Origin: an uncultured Candidatus Saccharibacteria bacterium
GTDB lineage: Bacteria > Patescibacteriota > Minisyncoccia > Phycocordibacterales > DATDWN01
Direction: 5' to 3'
Length of the DNA: 64,000 nucleotides
NCBI GenBank assembly: GCA_964616425.1
Contig: CAZTQY010000003.1
Location: 47,402 to 111,401, forward strand
The position numbers were made by a program, and so were the translations under genes. The notes under the pieces were generated by a model. That model searched no databases and was not told where the DNA came from. It saw only the letters and a program-made list of their open reading frames with translations. Below, in pieces: positions 29,156 through 39,324 of the stretch (position 1 is its first letter; each line of letters starts with the position of its first letter).

Positions 29156-32100
29156 TTACTCTAACAATTTCACTTTATCAACAAGGATGCTTTTTTCTCC
29201 GTTTCGAATAGAAAAAGTGCCTTTTATAACAACACAACTTTCTGGTATAAGAATGTCCTGAAACTCTTCAAGAACTTTTGGAAATGCTACACCTTCAATA
29301 GAGTCGGACAGGTCAGATATTTTAAGGAAAACCATTTTATCTCCCTTTTTTGTTACTACAGGTTTTACTTCATCAATAATACCTCCAAAAACTATAGGCT
29401 GTTTTTCTTTTGCTGATTCTTTCATCTTTTTTATATCAGTAGTTTTGTTCTCTAGTCTTTCTTTGAAAGATTCCAATGGGTGACCGGAAATATAGAGGCC
29501 AAGAAGTTCCTTTTCCCATAGTAGTTTGTCTGCCGCATTTCCATGTGGAGCCTTTTCAAGATTGATTTCTGTTGCTTCTCCACTTCCAACTAATCCGCCA
29601 AAAAGTGAATCTTGATCATTTTCTTTTGCACGTTCTTCTTTGTTATAAGTTAGGAGGCGATCTAGGTTGTGCAGTAGTGTAAATCTATATTGTTCTTTAT
29701 CGTCTGTATCTTTTGCTAATGAGTCAAAAGCTCCTGTTTTGATGAGGGATTCCATGGACTTTTTATTTAGATTTTTATCTTTTATCCTACCAAGGAAGTC
29801 AGAAAGTGTTTTGAATGGTCCGTTAGCTTTTCTTTCTTCGATGATAGATGTTGCTACACTCTCACCAAAGTTTTTTATTGTCGTTAGACCGAAACGTATA
29901 GTATCTATCTCACCTGGATTTTTTGCCTTGTTCACTCCGAACCCTTCGAAAGAAAAGTTTACATCTGGCGGAAGAACAGGAATGTTCATGTGTTTACACT
30001 CACCGATTATTTCAGCAATCATTGCGGTATCGCCAGACTCAGCTGTTAGCACAGCAGACATATATATAGCAGGGAAGTTGGCTTTCATATATGCAGTTTG
30101 ATATGCAACACGTCCGTAACTTGCGGCATGAGCTTTGTTAAAACCGTAACCTTGGAAAGGTTCAAACAAAAGCCAAAGTTCTTCAGCTTTTTTTTCTGTC
30201 ATTCCTCCAAATTTTTGGCATCCTTCTACGAATTTAACATGTTGCTTCTTCATCTCCTCTGGGATTTTCTTTCCAACTGCTTTTCGGAATTTATCCACCT
30301 CACCCCAATCATAGCCAGCTATTTCGATAGCGGTGTAGAGAAGGTCGTCTTGGTACACAAGCACTCCGTATGTTCTAGCCAAAAAGTTTTTCATTTTTGG
30401 ATGTAGATAAACAACGGGCTTTTTACCATGTTTTCTTGCAATGTACTCATTTATGTTATCCATCGGACCAGGACGATACAGAGCTACCATAACGTTGATA
30501 TCGTGAATAGTTGATGGTTTGAGTTCTTTCAATGCACGAGTCATCCCGTCGCCGTTTAGTTGGAATAGTCCAATAGTTTCTCCTCGAGCTAGCATTTCAA
30601 AAGTTTTTTTGTCGTCTATTGGAACAGTGTCCATGTCCACATCTACACCTTCAACTTTTTTTGTAATTTTCACTGCATCTGCAAGTATGGAAAGGTTTCG
30701 TATTCCTAGAAAGTCGAATTTCAAAAGTCCTACACCATCTTCTCCAACGGCGTGCATGTCGTATTGAGTGATGATTTTGTTGTCACCTTTTGTATCGTAT
30801 TGGAGTGGTACATAGTCAGTTAGTGGGGTGGGTGAAATAACAACTCCGGCAGCATGAACTGAGATGTGGCGAGCACAACCTTCGATTTTTTTTGCCATTT
30901 CGATAACTTTTTTTACATCTGCGTCATCGTTATACATTTTTTTGAGCTCTGGATTTTCTTTAATAGCTCTTTCTATTGTCATTGGAAAACCTTGAGCTCC
31001 CATTGGTATAGCTTTTGCTATAGAGTCTCCAAGACTGTACGGCAAACCAAGGGCTCGAGTTACATCTCGAACAGAACCTCGAGCTGCCATAGTACCGAAA
31101 GTACCGATCTGAGCCACTTTATCAACTCCATATTTCCCACGAGCGTAGTCGATAACTTCATCGCGTCTGTTGTCAGCAAAGTCCATATCGATATCGGGAG
31201 CAGATGGTCTAGATGGGTTTAAGAATCGTTCGAAAGGTAAGTAGTACTCAATAGGATCCACGTTTGTAATACGTGTTAGGTATGTTGTTAGAGATCCAGC
31301 AACAGAACCTCGGATGTTTGTTAGTATTCCGTGGTCGTGAGCGTAGTGTAGTAAGTCTGACACCACTAGAAAGTACGGTGCGTAGCCTTTGTCTTTAATA
31401 ACTTTGAGTTCGTATTCTAAACGTTCTACATACTCTGGAGTTTGTTTTAGGTTTCGCTTTTCAAAACCTGCATAAGCTATTTTCTTTAGTTCCTCGTCGT
31501 AAGATAGTCCACTCTCCACAATATAGTTTGGTAAAAACCATTTGCCTATGGAGATTTCTAGGTTGCATCTATCAGCTATTTTGACAGTATTTTCAAGCGC
31601 TTCTGGTATCTGTTTAAAAATTTTATCAGCCTGCTTTTGTGTAATAAAAGAAAAGTCTTCATCGCTTTCTTCTATTTTGTCATCATGTTGCGACTGGATA
31701 GACATTAGAGTCTGTCTGGCTATTCTGTCTTCTGTATTTAAATAATACACATCCTGAGCGCCAACTAATGGGGTATTTGTTTCTTTTGCAAAAGCTACTA
31801 TTTTTTGCATTGTTTGCTCAAAGCCTTTTACCTCGGGATGATGTGTTACTTCTAGAAAAAAGTTCGGGCCGTCATCACTATCCTTAAAAGTTTTTTTGTA
31901 CCAATTCAATCTTTCATTTGCTTGCTCAGTGTTTGAAAGTTGTAAAGATTTTACAATATCGCTAGAAAAGGAAGGAGCAATAGCTATAAGTCCTTCGCTA
32001 TATTTTTCTAAAACTTCTCGGTCAATACGTGGTTTATAATAAAAACCTTCTAGGTGGGCCGCAGTCACAAGCTTGATTAAGTTTTTGTACCCCAAATCGT

Positions 32101-32389
32101 TTTTGGCTAGTAGTACTAGTCGGTAACGTTCTTTATCTACACCAGATTCTTTGCTAAGTCTTGATCTGTAAGCAACATATGCATCAATACCAATAATAGG
32201 TTTAATCTCCTTTTTTTTACATTTTTGATAAAACTCGATTGCTCCATAAAGGTTACAGTTGTCAGTTAGAGCTATTGCTGTTTGCCCGTCTTTTACTGCG
32301 GCGTCTATTAGATCTGGTATTTTTGGCAGAGCGTTTAGTAGGGAGTAGTGAGAGTGAGTATGTAGGTGTACAAATTTTGAGTCGGCCAT
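29156..32389 (-). CDS. dnaE: DNA polymerase III alpha subunit
   Basis: PHP HLHTHSHYSLL, PDIDMDF, KFDFLG, YGFNKAH, OB fold. Confidence 0.97.
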   Translation of the reverse strand: MADSKFVHLHTHSHYSLLNALPKIPDLIDAAVKDGQTAIALTDNCNLYGAIEFYQKCKKKEIKPIIGIDAYVAYRSRLSKESGVDKERYRLVLLAKNDLGYKNLIKLVTAAHLEGFYYKPRIDREVLEKYSEGLIAIAPSFSSDIVKSLQLSNTEQANERLNWYKKTFKDSDDGPNFFLEVTHHPEVKGFEQTMQKIVAFAKETNTPLVGAQDVYYLNTEDRIARQTLMSIQSQHDDKIEESDEDFSFITQKQADKIFKQIPEALENTVKIADRCNLEISIGKWFLPNYIVESGLSYDEELKKIAYAGFEKRNLKQTPEYVERLEYELKVIKDKGYAPYFLVVSDLLHYAHDHGILTNIRGSVAGSLTTYLTRITNVDPIEYYLPFERFLNPSRPSAPDIDMDFADNRRDEVIDYARGKYGVDKVAQIGTFGTMAARGSVRDVTRALGLPYSLGDSIAKAIPMGAQGFPMTIERAIKENPELKKMYNDDADVKKVIEMAKKIEGCARHISVHAAGVVISPTPLTDYVPLQYDTKGDNKIITQYDMHAVGEDGVGLLKFDFLGIRNLSILADAVKITKKVEGVDVDMDTVPIDDKKTFEMLARGETIGLFQLNGDGMTRALKELKPSTIHDINVMVALYRPGPMDNINEYIARKHGKKPVVYLHPKMKNFLARTYGVLVYQDDLLYTAIEIAGYDWGEVDKFRKAVGKKIPEEMKKQHVKFVEGCQKFGGMTEKKAEELWLLFEPFQGYGFNKAHAASYGRVAYQTAYMKANFPAIYMSAVLTAESGDTAMIAEIIGECKHMNIPVLPPDVNFSFEGFGVNKAKNPGEIDTIRFGLTTIKNFGESVATSIIEERKANGPFKTLSDFLGRIKDKNLNKKSMESLIKTGAFDSLAKDTDDKEQYRFTLLHNLDRLLTYNKEERAKENDQDSLFGGLVGSGEATEINLEKAPHGNAADKLLWEKELLGLYISGHPLESFKERLENKTTDIKKMKESAKEKQPIVFGGIIDEVKPVVTKKGDKMVFLKISDLSDSIEGVAFPKVLEEFQDILIPESCVVIKGTFSIRNGEKSILVDKVKLLE

Positions 32390-32492
32390 ATGTTGGCGTC
32401 ATTATAGCACAGTGAAAAATTTGGATAATGAATGTAATAATTGACAATATCTAAACAATATAACATAATCCAAAAAGGCATGGAGGCCGAAA

Positions 32493-32612
32493 ATGAAGAA
32501 GTATTTTTGGGATGACATTAAGTGGCTGTACCGCTGTCACAAAACCAAGGTCGAGTGGACTCTTGTTTTGGCCATGGTGGTCGTGGTGGTCGTGGTGGTC
32601 GTGATCTTTTAG
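32493..32612 (+). CDS. 39-aa membrane peptide with poly-Val tail (cassette; not in ORF track)
   Basis: TTGACA-N17-CATAAT, GGAGG SD; MKKYFWDDIKWLYRCHKTKVEWTLVLAMVVVVVVVVVIF. Confidence 0.65.
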   Translation: MKKYFWDDIKWLYRCHKTKVEWTLVLAMVVVVVVVVVIF

Positions 32613-32658
32613 TACGGCGCTAGATAGTCATTCTCAGTGCCGTAAGGAGAGTTCTCTG

Positions 32659-32874
32659 ATGAAAGTGAAACTCCCAAACCCTCCGAGCACGAGGAATTGC
32701 CTCGCGGTCTGTGGTGGACTAATGATCGCCCAGTTCCTATCTGGGGCAACGGTGCGATCCACCGATATCATGGAGGCGCTCGAATTTGCGACAGCTCTTT
32801 TTCTCATCTTCTGCGTAATTGGTTTCCTGTTCAGGAGACGACAGCCGGAGGATAGGCGAGAGTACCTCTCGTGA
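32659..32874 (+). CDS. Small two-TM hypothetical protein (cassette)
   Basis: AAGGAG SD; two hydrophobic segments; terminator gaggctacc...ggtagcctc-tttt. Confidence 0.65.
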   Translation: MKVKLPNPPSTRNCLAVCGGLMIAQFLSGATVRSTDIMEALEFATALFLIFCVIGFLFRRRQPEDRREYLS

Positions 32875-32942
32875 CCAAGTTCTTTCTGGAGGCTACCGCG
32901 CACACGCGCCGGTAGCCTCTTTTCTTGTGTTAAAATTTAGAT

Positions 32943-33545
32943 ATGACAACCATTATTGGTATAGATGAAGTTGGTCGAGGACCTTTAGCTGGTCCAGTTA
33001 CTCTGTGTGCTGTTTCTTGTGAAGAAATAACATACAGATCACTTTTTAAAAACAAAAATCTTCCACCACTTGGAAAAGATAGTAAAAAGTTAAAAGAGAA
33101 AGATCGAAAAGTTTATGACAAATTTCTAAGAGAACTTTCTGAAGTCGGAAAGATAAAATTTAAGATAGTTCATGTTTCAAATAAAATCATTGATAGAAGT
33201 GGTATTTCATTTTCGATAAAAAAAGCTATGGCTGATTGTATAAACAGTTTGCAAGTAAAAAATGAATCAAAATTTTTGTTAGATGGAGGGTTAAGAGTCT
33301 CGAGTGAATTTAAAAATCAAAAAACAATAATAAAAGGGGATGAGAAGGAGAGAATAATAGCTTGGGCATCTATTTTGGCAAAAGTTTCGAGGGATAGTTT
33401 GATGATAAAAACATCAAAAAAATACTCCGAATACGGTTTTGATGTTCATAAAGGTTATGGAACAAAGAAACATCGAGATGCTATAAAAAAATATGGTATT
33501 ACTGATTTTCATCGGAGTACTTTTTGTAAAAAGATAAATATTTGA
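32943..33545 (+). CDS. rnhB: Ribonuclease HII
   Basis: GIDEVGRGPLAGPV, DSKKL, ASILAKV.RD, KGYGT. Confidence 0.96.
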   Translation: MTTIIGIDEVGRGPLAGPVTLCAVSCEEITYRSLFKNKNLPPLGKDSKKLKEKDRKVYDKFLRELSEVGKIKFKIVHVSNKIIDRSGISFSIKKAMADCINSLQVKNESKFLLDGGLRVSSEFKNQKTIIKGDEKERIIAWASILAKVSRDSLMIKTSKKYSEYGFDVHKGYGTKKHRDAIKKYGITDFHRSTFCKKINI

Positions 33546-33640
33546 CTATAAATAAATAATATTGTACTATATATTTTTGAAGCTTAGCTTTTGGCTGAGC
33601 ACAGGCTCTTTTAACAAAGTAAATTAATTGGAGGAAGGTC

Positions 33641-34150
33641 ATGGTACTAGACTGGTACTCCGGTGCCATTATATGGAAAGTAGAAGATGGGGTACTCAAG
33701 TTCCTCGTCTTCTGGACTTGGTTCACAAGTTCGAAATACAGAATCAGTCCAGCTCAGCTCAAGTTCCCAGGTGGGAAGAGCCGGGGCCATCCAGAGGACT
33801 CCAATCCTTTGGACACACTCAGGAGAGAAGTGATGGAGGAACTGGGTCAAGAGTTGGGAGATGTGAGAATACATCCAAACGCTCGACCAATAGCCGTCCA
33901 TTTCTCACCTTCTGAGCAGGAGGTTCGACAGTATCCTGGAGTACCGATGCATCAGAAGATTTTCTTTCTGTTGCACGAGAGTGAGCTGGTTGGGAAAATC
34001 CGCAAGTCTAGCAAGCTTGATGGAGGCTCAGAGATGGGCACTCCGATGTGGCTTCCGGCAAGTGGGATTCCGCTCTATGGTCAGCATCGCAAGGCTGCAC
34101 GTAGAGCAGTAAAACTACTATCTCGAACTCCTCTTCTTCTCACGGCATGA
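33641..34150 (+). CDS. NUDIX-like hydrolase (cassette)
   Basis: FPGG...LRREVMEELG; TTGACT-N17-TACTAT, GGAGG SD, terminator gccgaccc...gggtcggc-cttttt. Confidence 0.75.
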   Translation: MVLDWYSGAIIWKVEDGVLKFLVFWTWFTSSKYRISPAQLKFPGGKSRGHPEDSNPLDTLRREVMEELGQELGDVRIHPNARPIAVHFSPSEQEVRQYPGVPMHQKIFFLLHESELVGKIRKSSKLDGGSEMGTPMWLPASGIPLYGQHRKAARRAVKLLSRTPLLLTA

Positions 34151-34256
34151 TCAACTCATATCGTGGGAAGAATTACACAGCCGACCCGGTTTACTGGGTC
34201 GGCCTTTTTCATAAACATTTGATTAATTAGAGCATTTAGTGTAATGTGTTCCTATT

Positions 34257-34475
34257 ATGGTAGTACGAATGCGTCACACAAAGGGTCACCGAAACAACAG
34301 ACGATCTCACGATGGTCTATCAAAGCCGGCTGTAACTTTAGACAAAAATACAAACGTTCCACATTTGCGACATAGAGCATCAACAGTTACAGGTCAATAC
34401 AATGGCCGAATGGTTATTGATGTTGCTTCTAAAATTGCAAAGAAAGCTAAAAAAATGAAGAGTGAGGGTCGGTAA
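34257..34475 (+). CDS. rpmF: 50S ribosomal protein L32 (no Zn cysteines)
   Basis: RRSH, HLRHR...G.YNGR. Confidence 0.88.
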   Translation: MVVRMRHTKGHRNNRRSHDGLSKPAVTLDKNTNVPHLRHRASTVTGQYNGRMVIDVASKIAKKAKKMKSEGR

Positions 34476-34543
34476 TCCACACCTCAATCATTTTTAGTTT
34501 TGTTTTGCATTAAAATATTGTACACTGATATACATACAGTTGT

Positions 34544-35434
34544 ATGGCAAACAGGCACCTTTCTAGATCAATAGTTTTACAATCCCTTTTTGAATGGGAT
34601 TTCTCCAACAAGTCTATAGATGAGGCTACAACAATTTTTGTGCGTAATGCTAAGGAATTTGCTCCCGGTATGGGGGATTTTTCTTTTATGGAAACTCTTC
34701 TAAATGGAATTTTGGAAAAGAGAAAAGACATAGATTTGATTATTGAAAAAGCTGCGCCAGATTGGCCAATAGATAAGATAAGTATAATGGATAGAAATAT
34801 ACTTCGACTTGGTTTATATGAGTTACTTTTTTCTGATAGATCTCAGGTCCCACCAAAGGTTGCTATAAACGAAGCTATAGAACTTTCAAAAGCTTTTGGT
34901 GGTGAGACATCTAGTAAGTTTGTTAATGGAGTTTTGGGTGCAGTGTATAAAGAACTGGGCGAGCCGGGAAAAGAAGAGACATCAAAAGATAAAAATAAAA
35001 ATGGTAATGGTGTGGTAAATACTGAACATTTGGGCGGAGCTGTTGTTTTTGCTAAAGATGGAGAAGATATATATCTTGCACTTGTTCATGATGTTTTTGG
35101 AAGATGGACTCTTTCAAAGGGGAAAATTCCTCCTGATGTGGATATAGAAGTTGGAACAATACAGGGGATAAAAGACGAGATGGGTCTGGATGTAACTCTT
35201 AAAGAGAAGCTTGGTGAGAATGAGTATATTGCATATCATCCAGAAAAAGGTAAAACAAAAAAGCATGTTGTTTATTATTTAGCTGAGTCAGCATATACAG
35301 ATATAGTCCCAGAAAAGAAAGGTGGTCTCGATGATGCTAGGTGGTTCAAACTCGCCGAAATTCTCGATCTAAATTTCTATAACGATATACTTCCTCTAGT
35401 TACTAAAGCAATAAATATCTTACTCAAGAAGTAA
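34544..35434 (+). CDS. nusB: NusB with C-terminal NUDIX-like domain
   Basis: RHLSR...LFEWDF, DRNILR, VAINEAIELSK.FG...FVNGVL; then WTLSKGK...DEMG. Confidence 0.9.
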   Translation: MANRHLSRSIVLQSLFEWDFSNKSIDEATTIFVRNAKEFAPGMGDFSFMETLLNGILEKRKDIDLIIEKAAPDWPIDKISIMDRNILRLGLYELLFSDRSQVPPKVAINEAIELSKAFGGETSSKFVNGVLGAVYKELGEPGKEETSKDKNKNGNGVVNTEHLGGAVVFAKDGEDIYLALVHDVFGRWTLSKGKIPPDVDIEVGTIQGIKDEMGLDVTLKEKLGENEYIAYHPEKGKTKKHVVYYLAESAYTDIVPEKKGGLDDARWFKLAEILDLNFYNDILPLVTKAINILLKK

Positions 35435-35581
35435 ATTGTGTGAAGGAGTCTCTACCTTCTCATTTAATTTTACTCAACACGCATAAATCGTTGCTACGAT
35501 TTTGCTTTTCTCGGCTCGTCAGCCTGCGAAGGTCTCGTAAAATGAAATGAGTCAACGAGACTCTTAGGTGACACATTCTTG
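35425..35581. repeat. Structured intergenic element, family B variant
   Basis: Branched hairpin: gagtctc/gagactc, ctcattt/aaatgag, aaatcgt-tgct-acgattt, ttctc-stem-tgcgaa. Confidence 0.8.
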
Positions 35582-35619
35582 TTTTTGTGTTAGTGTATTC
35601 TCAATTATTATTAAATGTA

Positions 35620-35805
35620 AGATTAGTGTTTTTTGAGACTTCGCAGATAATTTAGAAAACAACGACGAAGATAAAGTAAGCCCGAAGCTTGTTTGAGCAA
35701 AGCGAGTTTGCGAAAGGGCTACATATCTAGGAGATTGTTTTCTTAGATTATTGAGATAAGCGAAATCGTACCAACGATTTACGCGGTTTCAAAAGACACT
35801 AATCT
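35620..35805. repeat. Structured element, inverted relative of 35425-35581
   Basis: agattagtgt/acactaatct outer stem; gagataagcgaaatcgtaccaacgatttacgcg is close to the reverse complement of the preceding element's core. Confidence 0.8.
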
Positions 35806-35816
35806 GAAATGTGTAT

Positions 35817-36512
35817 ATGAATCCGGATTTAAAAACATTCCAGGAGAAAATAGATATCAATTTCAAAGACGCTGGGTTACTTACTCAGGCTTTTGTGCAT
35901 CGCTCATATATAAATGAAAACAAAGCATCAGGTCTTTCTCACAACGAGCGACTTGAGTTTTTAGGTGACGCAGTTTTGGAATTAGTTATAACTGACTTTT
36001 TATACAAAGAATACGAAAATAAAGCAGAGGGTGAGTTAACCGCATATAGATCAGCTTTAGTTAATGCGGATACTTGTGCCAATATAGCGACAACTCTTGG
36101 TATAAATGATCACCTACTACTTTCAAAAGGTGAGAGCAAAGATACTGGAAGAGCGAGACAATACATACTAGCAAACGCACTAGAAGCTCTTATTGGTGCT
36201 ATTTATCTTGACCAAGGATATGATTCTGCAAAAGTTTTTATTGAGAAAAATTTTACTCCACTAATACACAAAATTATTTCTGACGGTGCATTTATCGACA
36301 GTAAGAGTTTGTTTCAAGAGAAATCACAAGAGTTTGAAGGTGTTACTCCATCATATAAAACCGTAAAAGAGTCTGGACCAGACCATGAAAAGAAATTTAC
36401 TGTGGGCGTTTATGTTGGAAAGGATTTGATTGCTACTGGAGAAGGTAAGTCAAAGCAGGACGCAGAACAGATAGCTGCTAGAGAGGCTTTGGCAAAGAAA
36501 GGTTGGAATTAG
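35817..36512 (+). CDS. rnc: Ribonuclease III
   Basis: NERLEFLGDAVL, EALIGAIYLD, C-terminal dsRBD. Confidence 0.97.
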   Translation: MNPDLKTFQEKIDINFKDAGLLTQAFVHRSYINENKASGLSHNERLEFLGDAVLELVITDFLYKEYENKAEGELTAYRSALVNADTCANIATTLGINDHLLLSKGESKDTGRARQYILANALEALIGAIYLDQGYDSAKVFIEKNFTPLIHKIISDGAFIDSKSLFQEKSQEFEGVTPSYKTVKESGPDHEKKFTVGVYVGKDLIATGEGKSKQDAEQIAAREALAKKGWN

Positions 36513-36573
36513 TAGACACCCTCATGTTTTTGTTGTAAAGTGTTTGTGGCTTAAGTCCTTTCCTGAGGAGTGT

Positions 36574-36804
36574 ATGTTAACAAAAACCTTCGTTCTGAAG
36601 TACAAAGTGAGCATCTTCGAAAAAGCGAAACCGCTGAATTTCGAAGCCACCGAAAAGTCGGCGGAGGCGTTGGCACGGGGTCACGCCAGAAACATCTATC
36701 AGGCGACAGGTGTCGCCAATTTCGACCTTCATTGGCCCGACGGGAGCATCACAAGCTTCATGCTTTCTAAAGAAGAGCGGATGGTCCCAGTCCAGCATGA
36801 CTGA
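36574..36804 (+). CDS. Hypothetical protein (cassette)
   Basis: TAGACA-N17-TAAAGT, GAGGAG SD before ATG 36574, hairpin acgaccgg...ccggtcgt-tt. Confidence 0.7.
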   Translation: MLTKTFVLKYKVSIFEKAKPLNFEATEKSAEALARGHARNIYQATGVANFDLHWPDGSITSFMLSKEERMVPVQHD

Positions 36805-36902
36805 GGACGAGCGACCGACGACCGGACCCAATGCGGGCCGGTCGTTTAACTTATATTTTAAATATTTTCAAAAAATTTGTTATACTAAATAAAACTTTAT
36901 TT

Positions 36903-39164
36903 ATGTACCTCAAGTCTATAGAACTAACAGGTTTCAAATCTTTTGCAAAAAAAGCAGAGCTTAACTTTACGTCTCGTGTTTCTGCTATCGTAGGTCCTAA
37001 CGGTTCTGGAAAGTCCAATATCGCAGAAGCTTTCCGTTTTGTGCTAGGTGAGCAGTCTATTAAAAGTTTGCGCGGTAAAAAAGGTGAAGATCTTATTTTC
37101 AATGGAGCAGGTGATTTGCCTCGAGGAAATAGAGCAAGTGTGAAAGTAACTTTTGATAATAGTTCAAAGTTTCTACCGTTAGACTATGAGTTGGTAACTA
37201 TTGAACGCATTGTGCACAGAGACTCAGTGAACGAATACATGATAAACGGATCCCAAGTTAGACTGCGAGACGTTGTTGAGCTTTTGTCGTCTGCTCATAT
37301 CGGAGCATCTGGTCATCATATTATTTCTCAGGGTGAGGCTGACAGAATACTAAATGCTAGTATAAAAGAACGAAAGGCAATGATAGAAGATGCTCTTGGT
37401 TTGAAACTATATCAATATAAAAAACAAGAAAGTGAAAGAAAGTTAGAAAAGACTCGAGAAAATATTGAGAAAGTAGAGTCGTTACGTCGAGAAATAATGC
37501 CTCATCTAAAGTTTTTGAAAAAGCAGGTGGAAAAGGTAGAAAAGGCGATACAGATGAAAGACGAGTTGCAGAAAGAGGCTTTAGAGTACTGTAAACGTGA
37601 AGATGAGTACATAAAGCGAACAGAAGAGAAGATCAAAACTTCAAAAGAACCTCTGATTCACAAAGAAAAAGAGTTGGATAAAGAGCTTGCCGAGGCAAAG
37701 TCTATTTTGGAAAATGCAAAAGATAAAGATGGTTTGTCAGAGGAACTTATTCAGTTGGAAAATGATTTGCACAAAGCTAGGGATGAAAAAGATGGTCTCT
37801 TTAGGGACTTTGGACGTATAGATGGAGAGTTGAACTCTTTGGTTAGGATGGTTAAAAAGCAACAGGAAGTGGCTAACTCGATGGAGCATAAAACAGTAAC
37901 TCTGGTTTCTGTCGAGGATCTTTCCAAAAAAATAGAAGATAGAGTTCAAAAAGCAAAAGAGACAAAAGACGTAGATGCGCTTTTATCTGCCTTGGACGAA
38001 GTTTATAATCTCGTTTCAGATTTTATTGACTACAACAAAGACAAAGTTGAAATGACTTTGATAGAAGATGTGCAGAGAGATATCGATGCTCTGCAAAAGT
38101 CTAAAAAGGAGTTAGAAACAAAACTAGAAGAAATAAAAAAACGTGAAGGGGATTTGTCTGAGTCATATAACAAACTAAAAACAGAAATAGAAAAGGAAAA
38201 GGACTCTAACAGAGATGCAGAAAAAGCAGTTTTTAGAATCATGGCAGAGTCACAAGAAGTACGCTCACAGATTCATAGTATACATTCTGATGAAGAAACT
38301 TTGAGAGTTGTAAAAGAAGATTTTAAAAGAGAACTTACAGAGCTTGGTATGCTTTTGGGTACACATGTATTACAGTTCCAAAATCTTGAATACGACTTTA
38401 GTGAGCCACGTCATGAACAAGACGAGCGAAGACGAAGAATAGAGAAAATTAAAATCCGTTTGGAAGATTCAGGTGTTGCGGGTGGGGCTGAGACACTAAA
38501 GGAATACACAGATGCAACTGAACGAGATGAGTTCCTGGCAAAAGAACTTTTGGATTTAGAAAACTCGGCAAACTCACTCACTGAACTTATAAAGGATTTG
38601 GATGTTCGACTTTCGACAGAGTTCAAAACTGGTTTGGATAAAATAAACCATCAGTTCAAAGAATATTTTGCTCTTATGTTTGGTGGAGGTGAAGCACATC
38701 TTTCTGTTTCCTTGCCACCAAAAAAGAAGAAGGACACTGACTTAATGATGGATGATGGAGAAGATACTTTCAGCGACGCTCCATCTATGACAGCTGAGGC
38801 CGAAGGCTCCGATGGTATCGACATCGAGGTTAATTTACCAAAGAAAAAAGTTAAGGGTCTCATGATGCTTTCCGGAGGAGAAAGGGCTCTGACATCTATT
38901 GCGCTTTTGTTTGCTATATCACAGGTTAACCCACCACCATTTATTATTCTTGATGAAACTGATGCCGCACTCGACGAAGCAAACTCAAAGAAATATGCAG
39001 ATATGATAGAAAATCTTTCAAAGTATTCTCAGCTTATTGTGATAACTCACAATAGAGAGACAATGTCTCGCGCAGGATTATTGTACGGAGTAACTATGGG
39101 AATGGGTGGGGGATCGAAACTGCTATCCGTCGCCTTCGAGGAAGCACTAGCCGTCGCAAAGTAA
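36903..39164 (+). CDS. smc: Short SMC-family ATPase
   Basis: FKSF, GPNGSGKSN, QG, LSGGE, ILDETDAALD, ITH; start at ATG 36903. Confidence 0.9.
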   Translation: MYLKSIELTGFKSFAKKAELNFTSRVSAIVGPNGSGKSNIAEAFRFVLGEQSIKSLRGKKGEDLIFNGAGDLPRGNRASVKVTFDNSSKFLPLDYELVTIERIVHRDSVNEYMINGSQVRLRDVVELLSSAHIGASGHHIISQGEADRILNASIKERKAMIEDALGLKLYQYKKQESERKLEKTRENIEKVESLRREIMPHLKFLKKQVEKVEKAIQMKDELQKEALEYCKREDEYIKRTEEKIKTSKEPLIHKEKELDKELAEAKSILENAKDKDGLSEELIQLENDLHKARDEKDGLFRDFGRIDGELNSLVRMVKKQQEVANSMEHKTVTLVSVEDLSKKIEDRVQKAKETKDVDALLSALDEVYNLVSDFIDYNKDKVEMTLIEDVQRDIDALQKSKKELETKLEEIKKREGDLSESYNKLKTEIEKEKDSNRDAEKAVFRIMAESQEVRSQIHSIHSDEETLRVVKEDFKRELTELGMLLGTHVLQFQNLEYDFSEPRHEQDERRRRIEKIKIRLEDSGVAGGAETLKEYTDATERDEFLAKELLDLENSANSLTELIKDLDVRLSTEFKTGLDKINHQFKEYFALMFGGGEAHLSVSLPPKKKKDTDLMMDDGEDTFSDAPSMTAEAEGSDGIDIEVNLPKKKVKGLMMLSGGERALTSIALLFAISQVNPPPFIILDETDAALDEANSKKYADMIENLSKYSQLIVITHNRETMSRAGLLYGVTMGMGGGSKLLSVAFEEALAVAK

Positions 39165-39324
39165 ACTTCCAAATTTGGCGAATACCACAAGAGTACTTCT
39201 TGTTTTATAAACAAAACAAAGTCGCTCCTCGTTCCCAAATTAAAAATATTCGTCACCTTACAGGTGTAAGGCTCCTCATCTTTTTAATTTCTCACGTCGG
39301 ATTTCATTCAAATTATGAAAGTTT
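39162..39324. repeat. Structured intergenic element, family A (with extra arm)
   Basis: Near-identical to 7110-7230, plus an approximately 42-nt inserted hairpin arm. Confidence 0.9.
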
